The notes beneath the pieces were generated by a model. The model was not told the DNA's origin. It searched no databases and saw nothing but the letters and a program-made list of their open reading frames with translations. Source: a virus. Taken from it: a DNA stretch of 64,000 nucleotides. Numbering within the stretch: the stretch's first letter is position 1; each line of letters starts with the position of its first letter. Shown piece after piece: positions 22,319 through 32,071 of this stretch. The stretch covers positions 1-64,000 of IMG/VR virus record IMGVR_UViG_3300037247_000847, one strand, 5' to 3'. Both the position numbers and the translations under genes were made by a program.

Positions 22319-22804
22319 ATGAAAACCTTACTAACCACACTGGTTGCGGTGCTTCTCTTCGCCAGCCCGGCTCATGCGGTGAGTTTCTGGGTGGTTGACA
22401 GCAACTCCGATTACATCGAACTGACCGAAGGCGGCACGACGTTTCGTATCTATCTCGACACTTTGCGCCAGGGCAGTGATGCCTTGCGGGCCGCGGACTT
22501 GATCGAACGGGTTCAGACCTTCACACAGGTCCGCATGAACAAGGCCGGGATTGCCGATCTGGATGAACCCACCCGTATGGTCGATCCCGGTGGGTATGAG
22601 GGTGGGGGCTTTGGTGAAAAGTTCTTCTGGTGCGATGAGGACGGCACGCCCACGCCAGGAGATCAGGAGGTGACCACCCACGTCTGCGCACAGGGCTCGC
22701 TGGTCAGTGATGCTTTTTGGGATGAGGTGGGCCAGATGTTCGTGTTGACGATCCGCAACTCGCGGGATTGCTCGCAAGATGCTACTTTTGTGAGCTGTCA
22801 ATAA
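22319..22804 (+). CDS. signal-peptide protein, paralog of 22807-23187
   Basis: AHA cleavage site; DEPT..VDP...FGEKFFW. Confidence 0.65.
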   Translation: MKTLLTTLVAVLLFASPAHAVSFWVVDSNSDYIELTEGGTTFRIYLDTLRQGSDALRAADLIERVQTFTQVRMNKAGIADLDEPTRMVDPGGYEGGGFGEKFFWCDEDGTPTPGDQEVTTHVCAQGSLVSDAFWDEVGQMFVLTIRNSRDCSQDATFVSCQ

Positions 22805-22806
22805 CG

Positions 22807-23187
22807 ATGCCTAACTCCTGGATTACCAAGTCAGACTCTAACGAAATCCGCCTCGCGCACCCGCACAACCGCGACGGTATGGCCGATGGCGAGCGCGAGC
22901 GCAGCTACGACCTGATTAACGACCCGCGCTTTCAGGACGCGGACAAGACCAAGACTGCGTTGGTGCTCAAGACGCTGTTGCAGGAGGATCTCACGACCCG
23001 GACCCGCTTGCGTGACTTGCCTGACGACGAGCCGACCAAGACTGTCGATCCCGCGCCGCAGTTTGGCGAGCGGTTCTTCTGGGAGGGCCATGGGGCGAAC
23101 CGCGTGGTGGTGTCCCGCTCGACGATTGTTAAGGACTGTGTTTGGCTGGTCGATCACTATCACTTCGAGTTGCGGCGGGCGCGGTAG
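22807..23187 (+). CDS. hypothetical protein, paralog of 22319-22804
   Basis: DEPTKTVDP...FGERFFW; start reassigned to ATG 22807. Confidence 0.65.
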   Translation: MPNSWITKSDSNEIRLAHPHNRDGMADGERERSYDLINDPRFQDADKTKTALVLKTLLQEDLTTRTRLRDLPDDEPTKTVDPAPQFGERFFWEGHGANRVVVSRSTIVKDCVWLVDHYHFELRRAR

Positions 23188-23189
23188 CT

Positions 23190-24341
23190 ATGGCACTCAC
23201 GCTCAATAATTTCACCGGGTTTGAGACGCAGGGCACGGAGGAAGCAGCAAGTGTTGTAAGCAGTCCTGCGGTAGTAACAACTGATCCTCGCTTTGGTGCT
23301 GCGCATTTGGAACTGACTTCAAACTCTGACAGCTATCGACTGCCGTGGGTTATCGGTACTGATGCCGGGAATGATTACATTGTTGGCGTAGCAATAAAGG
23401 CCCCAGATAATACGTCGGGAGTAGGCCCATATGATCTGATAGTAGTTAGAGACAGCGGCCCTGCTACTGTTTTAAGTCTTGCATTCAAAACAGGTAACGA
23501 GATACTGGTCCGTGATGCAACAGGGGCGACAATTCGAACTATAGGCGCCGCACTTTCGACAACGGAATATAAATATTTCGAGATTTATTTTCAACATTCC
23601 GACCCTGGTACAATTGAGGTTTTCATTGATGACGACTCTCAGGGGGAAGATACGGGCCAGGATTTAACAAACGGAAATTCTTTAGATGATACGGGCCGTT
23701 TGTCTTTAGATGGTTCAGATAGCGCCACAATTCGATTCGACGATGTTTACATCCTCTCTGGTGCTACCTCTGCCTCCGACCGCCTTGGCAACTGGGCCGT
23801 AAAAACCAACCAGTCCACCGATGTAGGCGCGACCGACCAGGGCGACACACTGGCGGACGGCACCTGGGCGCTGGTGAGCGAAACACCGGGCAATAGCGGC
23901 ACGTCAAATGATGCACAGTACCAGGACACGGGGAACCTGACGGGTAGTACGATCACGGACGGAGGCGATAGGCCAGGACCGTCAGGCGACAGCGATGTAA
24001 CCGGCGCGACAATCGTGGGCGCAAAGTACATCTCCAACCTGATGCGCGGTGCGGGCGGCGGACGTGAACATAAAATTCTCTACGGCAACAGTGGCGACGG
24101 TGTAACGGCCACGGCCAATCTGGGGTTGACCACAGATTTTATCATCTATGAAGTGCTGTCGGAATCGGCTTCCATCGTACCTACCGAATCCGAATTTATG
24201 CAAATGGGCTTTAGCAAGGACCTCACCGGAGGCCAGGACGTATTTTGCGGCGATCAGTGGGCCATGCTGGGGTATGTGCCGGCATCAGGGATCACTATGC
24301 CGATTTTCGACCACCATTACCGAGCCATGAGGGCTAGATAG
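23190..24341 (+). CDS. beta-rich (lectin/jelly-roll-like) virion accessory protein
   Basis: GFETQ start, YFEIY, IRFDDVYI; T/G/D/S-rich; start reassigned to ATG 23190. Confidence 0.55.
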   Translation: MALTLNNFTGFETQGTEEAASVVSSPAVVTTDPRFGAAHLELTSNSDSYRLPWVIGTDAGNDYIVGVAIKAPDNTSGVGPYDLIVVRDSGPATVLSLAFKTGNEILVRDATGATIRTIGAALSTTEYKYFEIYFQHSDPGTIEVFIDDDSQGEDTGQDLTNGNSLDDTGRLSLDGSDSATIRFDDVYILSGATSASDRLGNWAVKTNQSTDVGATDQGDTLADGTWALVSETPGNSGTSNDAQYQDTGNLTGSTITDGGDRPGPSGDSDVTGATIVGAKYISNLMRGAGGGREHKILYGNSGDGVTATANLGLTTDFIIYEVLSESASIVPTESEFMQMGFSKDLTGGQDVFCGDQWAMLGYVPASGITMPIFDHHYRAMRAR

Positions 24342-25010
24342 ATGCTTTATTTGAAGCAATCAACTGCCAGCCAAGCTGTCCTGATAGGACCATTCATCGA
24401 CGATACGGATGGCAAGACAGCCGAAACGGGCCTAACCATTGCAAACACGGACATTCGCCTGTCTGCCAACGGTGGCAATATGTTCCCCAAGACTTCCGGA
24501 GGCGGTACACACGACGAGGCCGGTTGGTACACCATTACCCTGGATGCGACCGACACGGCCACCGTGGGACGTTTGCAGATCAGCACGGATGTGACGGGTG
24601 CCCTACCAACATGGTCAGAATTTCAGGTAGTCGAACAAGACACGTATGAATTTCTCTATGCTGATGGCGCTACACCGGACGCGGACATTGCGGCCATTTT
24701 GTCAGACACCACGGTGCTGGTTGATACCCGAATTCCCGATACGATCTCACTGGCCAACATTCTTGCAGAGGTCAATACTGCACTGGATACCGCAATCAGT
24801 GAATTGAGTCAGGGTATTCCAACTGCCACGCCGTCTGTTCGAACTGGAATTATGCTGATGTATATGGCTCTGCGGAACAAGCTGGATGTGGCTACGGTAG
24901 CGACCGACACGCTGGAGATACACAGTGATGACGGAACTAGGATTGCACAGAAGCTGTTGACCGATGATGGCTCGGACTATTCCGAGGCCAAGATGATCTC
25001 GGGGGCATAG
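24342..25010 (+). CDS. putative virion fibre/appendage protein
   Basis: IGPFIDDTDGKTAETGLTI, GWYTITLDATDTATVGRL Ig-like start; operon context. Confidence 0.55.
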   Translation: MLYLKQSTASQAVLIGPFIDDTDGKTAETGLTIANTDIRLSANGGNMFPKTSGGGTHDEAGWYTITLDATDTATVGRLQISTDVTGALPTWSEFQVVEQDTYEFLYADGATPDADIAAILSDTTVLVDTRIPDTISLANILAEVNTALDTAISELSQGIPTATPSVRTGIMLMYMALRNKLDVATVATDTLEIHSDDGTRIAQKLLTDDGSDYSEAKMISGA

Positions 25011-25011
25011 C

Positions 25012-25248
25012 ATGGCCCTGGACAGCAAAGAGAAACGCGCGGGCGTGATCGGCGTTGGCCGGCCGTGGATGCGGGACAAGTTCCCGGTCGCAACCCCTGA
25101 CGAGCAGTGGCGGGCCACCACGGGCCTGACCTACGGCGGTAATGCACTGACGCCAGCCGTGGGGCGCGTCATGTCCAGTCTGGCGGGTCATGGGGGCTTG
25201 GCAGGCCATGGCGGCATTGCTGGGCCTGGCGGAGGGCTGGCTGGATGA
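25012..25248 (+). CDS. small protein with Gly-rich C-terminus (AGHGG repeats)
   Basis: Tightly packed ORF. Confidence 0.6.
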   Translation: MALDSKEKRAGVIGVGRPWMRDKFPVATPDEQWRATTGLTYGGNALTPAVGRVMSSLAGHGGLAGHGGIAGPGGGLAG

Positions 25249-28200
25249 GTCTTGACCGGGTAAAGGGAGACACGTTCACCTTTCGGTTCACCACGCGCGC
25301 TTTCGCAACGGGGATGCCGACAGTGTTGGCTGGCAGTCCCGTGCTGTCAGCGATGGAGGACGCGGTCGACACGCCGTTCACCACGGGCGTCAGCTTCACC
25401 GCGAGTTCGGTGGCGGGTTTGAATCTTTGCACGATTGACAGCAGCCAGGCGGATTTCGAGGCCGGCAAGGAATATGACGTTTACCTTTCCGCCGGTACGG
25501 TCGATAGCGTCTCGGTTATTGGGGAAGTGGTGGGGCATTTCTCACTATCTCGTGAAGCCGCCGCAGTAGACCTGGCCAATGGTACTGATGGCCTTAGCGC
25601 GCTGAAAACTATCGTGGACGCGATCCAGACCGTAACAAATAAGTTTGCCTTTACGGTAGCGAACCAAGTTGATTGCAACCTTTTAAGGTGGATTGGCGTA
25701 GCTCCAGCAGCCTTGGTCACTCAAAAAGTCCAGACGGATGTAGCAGCCATTTCGGGGGATATCAATGCGGCGAATGTTCTAGGAGATTGGCTGAACCGGG
25801 GCAAAATATCCACGGCGGATGCTGGGGGATCAACTACTACCTTAGTAGATACGGCGCTTGGTGCAGGAGTGGATGATAAGTGGAATGGTATGCTACTGCT
25901 GTTTACCAGTGGAAGCAATCTTAACTATACAGCCATTACCACCGATTATGATAGTGCTTCGGCCACTCTTACCTTCACGCCCGCTGTGCCGTTTGCTGTG
26001 ACGGGGGGGACATACGTTCTCGTTCCAGGGTTGAGTTGGTCTGATCTTCAGGCCGCGCTTGGTGACGTGCAGAGTGTGACCGACCTCAAGGACTTCGCCG
26101 ACGCCGGATATGACCCAGGGAGCAATAAGATAACGGGATGTACCCTTACGGATACTGTTACTACAGTCACCAATCAACTCTCAGCGGCGACTATCGGAAA
26201 CCAAGTGTGGGACACGGATGCAACAGGTCGCCAGTCTGCCGGCACATTTGGTCAAGCGATTGGAGACCCAGGCGCGAACGCGGAAACGATGTACGATGCT
26301 GTTGTGACCGATGCCGCCGGAACCAATATCGCGGCGGATATCATCGTGATCGAGGGTCAAACCGATGATATAGGTGTCGCGGGCGCTGGCTTGACAGACC
26401 TCGGCGGAATGTCTGACGGGATGAAGGCCGAGGTAGAGAGTGAGGCCAATGATGCCTTGGTTGCTCAGAAGCTCGACCACCTTGTCGCTGTTGCGGAAAA
26501 TGATGATCCCGTAGACGACAGTATCTTTGCCAAGATCGCCGATGCAGGAACGGGAACATCCGATTGGTCGGCGTTTATACCTGCCGAGGACAGCTTACGT
26601 GCCATTAGCGAGCAAGTAAGGAACGTCGGTTCTGGTGCTGCCGGTGCTGTCAACATCGAGGCCATTGAAGACAACTCTGGCGGTGCCATTATTGACGGCG
26701 TGGTTAAGGTTGGCACAATCACAGGGGATTTCAATAATCTCGACGCAGAGGACGGCTCTATTGTCTCAATTCTCCACGATAACGATGTCATTGATTATGT
26801 CGTTGGTTATCAAGTCGGGGGCAGCAGAACGGCGACGTTCGCTTCTGTTACAGTGAACGTAAATGGCAATAATGATGAAATCGCAGTCAAGGCTTTCGAT
26901 CATGTATCAACTTGGGACGTTATTGGTATTGTTGATGGAAGCGGCGGTTCGACTTATCAAAATGAGAATTTCCCGCTCTTGGTTAAACACACTGGCACCG
27001 GTGCTGAACTAGGCAAGGTTTACATTCGTTATGCTACAGATACGACTACGCCAGCGCTCCTAGAAATTGACAAGGGCCTGGTGCTTGCCACTAACATTGG
27101 ACAATCTTCCGGCTATGCCAACGGCCAGATATGGGTAGATACTGTTTCTGGTGTCGCCGGGACAGAGGCTTATGTCAATGGAACGGCGGATAATCCTGTA
27201 CGGACCTGGGCGGACGCTCTGACCCTTTCGGCTGCTGTAGGTCTTACGGATTTCCACATCATCAACGGATCGACAATTCAACTGTCCGCCAACAGCGATA
27301 ATCATTCTCTGTTTGGTGATAATTGGATATTAGATTTGAACACCCAATCGGTGGATGGCGCGCATTTTGCCGGTGCCATTGTGAGTGGCACATTTACAGG
27401 GACACCTGAATTTTCTCATTGCGAGATTAACGCCCTTACCGGCCCATCGGCACATCTTGATGATTGCGCGCTGAATAATACGATCACGGCGAACGCCGTG
27501 GGTGATTGGGTATTTCATGATTCCAAATCGAATATCGCTGGGCCAACCACGCCGATATTTGATTTTGGCACCGATGTTGGCGTATCGTCGAATGTGATTT
27601 TCGCAGATCATCAGAACGGGATTGAATTTAGAAATTACAACAATTCAGGGACTGATCTTTTAAGTCTTTCTGGAGTAGGGCAGGTAATCTATGCGGCTTC
27701 GAGCAGTGGATCGGTTCAGCAACGGGGTGACTGGAAGGTTACCAACACTGGCGGCGTGACGATTGTCGAGGACGATAACACGGCCAATCTGGCGGCGGTG
27801 TTGGTTGACACCATCGAGATTGGAACAGCCGGTGCCGGTCTGACTGATCTTGGCGGCATGTCAGACGGCATGAAAGCGGAAGTCGAATCGGAAGCCAATG
27901 ACGCGCTGGTCGCTCAGAAGCTCGATCACCTGGTTGCGGCGGCAGACGGCGACGACCCGGTTAATGGTTCGATCATGTCACACATTGTCTCGGTGACCGA
28001 GGACTGGAGCACGTTTGTTCCGAGCACTGATTCCTTGCAGGCCTTGAGGGACCGTGGCGATGCGGCTTGGATTACGGCAACTGGCTTCTCAACACATAAT
28101 GCCGCGGCTGTTTGGTCGGTTGCTACGCGAGCCTTGACCGACAAGGTGGGATTCTCACTCTCGACGGCCGGCATTTTGGCAATTTGGCACCAGGCCGTAA

Positions 28201-29384
28201 GTGCCATCGTGACTGCGGGAACCATCGGGAAACTACTCATAGACGAAATCACCTCCGCTCGCATGGCGACGCTGACAGACTGGATCAACGGTGGAAGGCT
28301 AGATACTATCCTCGATGCTCGCATGGCCGAAGCCTCGATCAGCACGACGGGGGGTGCTGTCGATACGGTAACCAGTGTGACCAACGATGTTGGTATTACG
28401 GCCGCAGCAGTAGACGATATCTGGGATGAGGTACTTTCCATGGCGGCCCACAACGGCGCACAATCCGCTGGTAAGCGTTTGCGGCAAATCAGTACGTCCA
28501 TCACGATAGATGGCACGGTCAACGATGCTTCGGCCTCGACGACGGCATTCGATACGGATTTGACGGGCGCCGACGATTTTTGGAATGACGCTTTAATAAT
28601 CTTTACTTCCGGGGCGCTTGCAGGTCAATCCAGGCCAATACTCACTTATGTAAATGCCAGCGGCCGGATAACGGTTGATGAGGCGTTGACGTCGGCCCCG
28701 GCGAATGGTGTAGAGTTTGTTATCGAGTCTACCCATATTCATCCAATCGCGCAAATCACTGCCGGTGTTTTGGCGGGTAGTCTGTCGAGCGAGACGACAG
28801 CCGGGACGCTTAGTAAGGCAATCTCGGATATTGAAACCGACACAGCGGAGATTGGCACGGCGGGGGCGGGTCTGAGCAACATTGACCTCCCCGATCAAAC
28901 GATGGACATAACCGGCAGTCTTTCCGGATCGGTCGGTAGTGTGACGGGAGCAGTAGGTTCGGTGGCGGGCAATGTCGATGGCAACGTGACGGGCTCTGTC
29001 GGATCGTTGGCGGCGCAAGCCAAAGCTGATGTCCAGGCCGAAGTTGATACATCCTTGGCAAGCTATGACGGTCCGACTAATGCCGAGATGGAAGCCCGCA
29101 CCCTCGACGCTGGCCCGCTTGCCCAGCTTAGCCAGAATCTTGACAACTGTTTAACGGGCACCGCGTCCGGCACGCCGACGACCACCACCATGGTTTCGGA
29201 TATTGGGGTGACGGTGGACGATCAATTCAACGGTCGTATCATCACCTTCGATGACGATACGACGACAGCGGCGCTCCGGGAGCAGTCCACGGACATAACC
29301 GGGTGTACGGCATCCAGTAACACCCTGACCTTTACCGCGCTGACCACCGCTCCGGTTAGTGGTGACACGTTTGTAATTACCTGA
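25245..29384 (+). CDS. 1379-aa acidic A/D/T/G-rich modular fibre-like structural protein
   Basis: Internal ~40-aa duplication; three DD.(W/F)N...FT modules; fibre-like composition. Confidence 0.65.
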   Translation: MSLDRVKGDTFTFRFTTRAFATGMPTVLAGSPVLSAMEDAVDTPFTTGVSFTASSVAGLNLCTIDSSQADFEAGKEYDVYLSAGTVDSVSVIGEVVGHFSLSREAAAVDLANGTDGLSALKTIVDAIQTVTNKFAFTVANQVDCNLLRWIGVAPAALVTQKVQTDVAAISGDINAANVLGDWLNRGKISTADAGGSTTTLVDTALGAGVDDKWNGMLLLFTSGSNLNYTAITTDYDSASATLTFTPAVPFAVTGGTYVLVPGLSWSDLQAALGDVQSVTDLKDFADAGYDPGSNKITGCTLTDTVTTVTNQLSAATIGNQVWDTDATGRQSAGTFGQAIGDPGANAETMYDAVVTDAAGTNIAADIIVIEGQTDDIGVAGAGLTDLGGMSDGMKAEVESEANDALVAQKLDHLVAVAENDDPVDDSIFAKIADAGTGTSDWSAFIPAEDSLRAISEQVRNVGSGAAGAVNIEAIEDNSGGAIIDGVVKVGTITGDFNNLDAEDGSIVSILHDNDVIDYVVGYQVGGSRTATFASVTVNVNGNNDEIAVKAFDHVSTWDVIGIVDGSGGSTYQNENFPLLVKHTGTGAELGKVYIRYATDTTTPALLEIDKGLVLATNIGQSSGYANGQIWVDTVSGVAGTEAYVNGTADNPVRTWADALTLSAAVGLTDFHIINGSTIQLSANSDNHSLFGDNWILDLNTQSVDGAHFAGAIVSGTFTGTPEFSHCEINALTGPSAHLDDCALNNTITANAVGDWVFHDSKSNIAGPTTPIFDFGTDVGVSSNVIFADHQNGIEFRNYNNSGTDLLSLSGVGQVIYAASSSGSVQQRGDWKVTNTGGVTIVEDDNTANLAAVLVDTIEIGTAGAGLTDLGGMSDGMKAEVESEANDALVAQKLDHLVAAADGDDPVNGSIMSHIVSVTEDWSTFVPSTDSLQALRDRGDAAWITATGFSTHNAAAVWSVATRALTDKVGFSLSTAGILAIWHQAVSAIVTAGTIGKLLIDEITSARMATLTDWINGGRLDTILDARMAEASISTTGGAVDTVTSVTNDVGITAAAVDDIWDEVLSMAAHNGAQSAGKRLRQISTSITIDGTVNDASASTTAFDTDLTGADDFWNDALIIFTSGALAGQSRPILTYVNASGRITVDEALTSAPANGVEFVIESTHIHPIAQITAGVLAGSLSSETTAGTLSKAISDIETDTAEIGTAGAGLSNIDLPDQTMDITGSLSGSVGSVTGAVGSVAGNVDGNVTGSVGSLAAQAKADVQAEVDTSLASYDGPTNAEMEARTLDAGPLAQLSQNLDNCLTGTASGTPTTTTMVSDIGVTVDDQFNGRIITFDDDTTTAALREQSTDITGCTASSNTLTFTALTTAPVSGDTFVIT

Positions 29385-29545
29385 TGGCAATTTCCGCAGC
29401 ACGTGTTACTCGGTTAGGTATGAGTGGGTACATGACCAAGCCTTACGGTAGTTTTGCGGGGAAGACACCCACCGTTCCACCGCTAGCTGTTGTGCAACGT
29501 ATCCGTGGCTTTACACGTAATATCGGAAGACTTATGAACCCATGA
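29384..29545 (+). CDS. 53-aa protein MAISAARVTRLG... (not in the ORF track)
   Basis: TGATG overlap with the upstream gene; fills the gap exactly. Confidence 0.65.
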   Translation: MAISAARVTRLGMSGYMTKPYGSFAGKTPTVPPLAVVQRIRGFTRNIGRLMNP

Positions 29546-29557
29546 TGGGAGACTAAC

Positions 29558-29854
29558 ATGGCTACACTCTTTTTCACAGTGTTTTTGGGAGCAGTTGAGA
29601 CTGCTAGTGGTGATCCAATCCAGGAGGATAAGGTTACTATTGGAGCGGGTTCACTTCAGTCGACTGTTATAGATGGAACTGGTAGGAAACGTCGACGTGT
29701 ACGGGTCTTTGCTGATACGAACTGTTTTGCGACGTGGGGGGAGAGCCCGACTGCAAAGGACGATGGCACTGCCGGACGCGCATTGGAAGCTGGTTCTGCT
29801 GAATACTTTGATATTGAGGCAGGTCACAAGATTGCTGTCATTGAGCGTACCTAA
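29558..29854 (+). CDS. small beta-sandwich structural protein
   Basis: VRVFADTNCF..WGESPTA...LEAGSAEYF pattern; GGAG SD. Confidence 0.6.
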   Translation: MATLFFTVFLGAVETASGDPIQEDKVTIGAGSLQSTVIDGTGRKRRRVRVFADTNCFATWGESPTAKDDGTAGRALEAGSAEYFDIEAGHKIAVIERT

Positions 29855-29880
29855 TTGGTTAATATGGAGGAACATGTAAA

Positions 29881-30531
29881 ATGGTAGGATCTGTCGGAAT
29901 GGTTAGGGGTCTTTCTCGTCCTGGTTCATTGGTAATCCAGGAGGCACTCAATCTCCTTTCAGCTTTAGGTGGTGATAGTGAGGGAACTACTACAAAGCTG
30001 CTAATGGAGATGAGAGGTGTTCAAGATAACAACTTGATTGTGTTAGCAAATGCTAAAACAGCAGTAGTAGAAGCTAACAAACGTGAAGCTGAGGTTGTCG
30101 AGGAGGAAGCCGAGCTGGTACGAAATCTTAGGGAGGCAGAAGAGTTATATGCTGGCCGTCTCTCAGATATTGTCAATAGTGAGGAGGGACTTCAACGTAG
30201 GGTGGAGGAAGTTGATGCTCGGGTAAGTGAGGAGAATAATAGTATCAGGGAACGTGAAGGTGAATTGGATCGTAAGCTGGGGGAGTATCGAGAATCTCTT
30301 CGTACGAGTAAAGAGGAACTTGTAAGAAGGGAGAATATACTCAAAGAAGATAGGGATGCTTTAAAAGAACTTGAATCTTCCCTCAAGAATCGTGAGGAAG
30401 ATATCAAAAGTGTTGAAATAACACTGGATGATCTTCAGGTCTCACTGGATGAACGCAAGTTGGAGCTCGATAAGAGAGACGCGCGTGTGCTTGCTGCTAT
30501 GGAAGGTAGGGTTGTTGTCGAGGGAAGATAA
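29881..30531 (+). CDS. coiled-coil protein
   Basis: E/R/L heptads; GGAGG SD. Confidence 0.7.
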   Translation: MVGSVGMVRGLSRPGSLVIQEALNLLSALGGDSEGTTTKLLMEMRGVQDNNLIVLANAKTAVVEANKREAEVVEEEAELVRNLREAEELYAGRLSDIVNSEEGLQRRVEEVDARVSEENNSIREREGELDRKLGEYRESLRTSKEELVRRENILKEDRDALKELESSLKNREEDIKSVEITLDDLQVSLDERKLELDKRDARVLAAMEGRVVVEGR

Positions 30532-30787
30532 GCTCCCTATCACGATCTCTCGACCAACTTGGTTGGGGAAGGTCACAGGTAGGTCTGTTTCAGAAGTAGA
30601 GCTTAAGGATGCAAAGGAGCATATTGAGGCAGATCCTGACTATGCTCGTAATGGTTGGACACCGGAGACTCTCGCTATTTATTTCAAGGAGCGTCGTGAG
30701 GCGCAGTCAAATACTGTGTTACACCGACAGAAGGTAAAACCAACTCGTACACGAGGATGGCATAATGCTCATAAATGGAGAAGGTAA
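30428..30787 (+). CDS. hypothetical protein (start uncertain)
   Basis: Only plus-strand ORF filling the gap. Confidence 0.5.
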   Translation: MIFRSHWMNASWSSIRETRVCLLLWKVGLLSREDKLPITISRPTWLGKVTGRSVSEVELKDAKEHIEADPDYARNGWTPETLAIYFKERREAQSNTVLHRQKVKPTRTRGWHNAHKWRR

Positions 30788-31229
30788 AGAGATAGAGTTC
30801 GCGATATGGTATGATGCTAATGAACATTTAGACCCAATAAACTCATGTGGTGAATCAATCAAAGATGCGTTGGGTGCTATATGTGTCAAGAATAAAATTG
30901 GTCACGGTAAGATTAGTTATGAGATTTTAAAGCCTGGAGATGATCGTGTACCATCTGTTCCGCTTTGGTTAGAGACTACCAATGGTGCTATCCCTAGATT
31001 ACTGGTGGCTACTACTGAGACGTCAAATTGTCTTTATCAGGGACCGATAGGTATTATTGGAGATTTAGACAAGAAGGATATAGCTCGGTTGAGGGTGATA
31101 GTACAACGAGTACATCAGAAATTTCATCCTAAAACTACCCCTCTAACCGATCCAGAATGTGATAAGATTATTGACCAACAAGGTATGGATGTTGTAATGG
31201 ATCAACTTAGGTCCAGTACTGTTAATTAG
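30765..31229 (+). CDS. hypothetical protein
   Basis: GAGG SD, operon order. Confidence 0.6.
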   Translation: MLINGEGKEIEFAIWYDANEHLDPINSCGESIKDALGAICVKNKIGHGKISYEILKPGDDRVPSVPLWLETTNGAIPRLLVATTETSNCLYQGPIGIIGDLDKKDIARLRVIVQRVHQKFHPKTTPLTDPECDKIIDQQGMDVVMDQLRSSTVN

Positions 31230-31269
31230 GGTTGAGTAGTTAGCAGCCGAACTGAAAGGATAAAATATC

Positions 31270-32067
31270 ATGGGACACGCTAAGGACATGGTCCCGGCAT
31301 TGATGATGCCTGGAGAGTTTGCCGTCCCGCCGGACCGGCTGACGCCTGAAACGCTTGCGGCCATCAAGTCTGATTTGAAAGCCAACGGTATTGCCTTCGA
31401 TGACCACATCGTCGGCAGTCCGTCGGTCCCCATCGATCCCGACTCCGGCCTGCCGATGTTCAATGGTGGTGCCGGTGGCGGTGCCGGTAGCGGTCTCGGT
31501 GGTGGTAGTAGAGGTGGTCGGGACCGTGGCGGACGCGCTGGTGGTGTTGGTACCGCGAATGTAGGTGGTGGTTTCAGTAGCACTTCCGCGAACAAGGCTC
31601 GAGCAGAGAGATCACAGAGCCCATCGAAAGCACTTGGCCTAGATCCTATTTCAGCGGCTGCTATTCCTGGTATCGGGGCAGCTGATCTCGCACATAGTCT
31701 TGCTAAGGCAATTGGGCCAGCAATTCAAGGAGCCTTCGAAAGTGTCTTCGGGGTAAAAGGAACTGCTCCTGCTATTGATACAAGTTTCACCGATGTCCCT
31801 GGTGTTGATGACAGGCCTGATCGCCGCCGTGTGAGAAGTTCAATTCTCCTTGCGGACGCACTTGGGAAGATTACACCTATAACAGCCAATGCAGAGAATG
31901 TTGTAAATACCCCTACTTCAGCAGACAAAGCTGCTGAACGAGTACGTTTAGCAGCGAAAAAGAGAAGAGGCAGACGTGCATCGATCTTAGCTAATATTAG
32001 TGAAGAGGAGGCTCAGTTGACTAATATTAGTCGTCCAGGAGCTGGTTCGCTGACCTTTGGTGGTTAG
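31270..32067 (+). CDS. pre-portal virion-associated protein
   Basis: C-terminal KKRRGRRASIL...LTFGG typical of the gene before podovirus portals. Confidence 0.65.
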   Translation: MGHAKDMVPALMMPGEFAVPPDRLTPETLAAIKSDLKANGIAFDDHIVGSPSVPIDPDSGLPMFNGGAGGGAGSGLGGGSRGGRDRGGRAGGVGTANVGGGFSSTSANKARAERSQSPSKALGLDPISAAAIPGIGAADLAHSLAKAIGPAIQGAFESVFGVKGTAPAIDTSFTDVPGVDDRPDRRRVRSSILLADALGKITPITANAENVVNTPTSADKAAERVRLAAKKRRGRRASILANISEEEAQLTNISRPGAGSLTFGG

Positions 32068-32071
32068 AATA

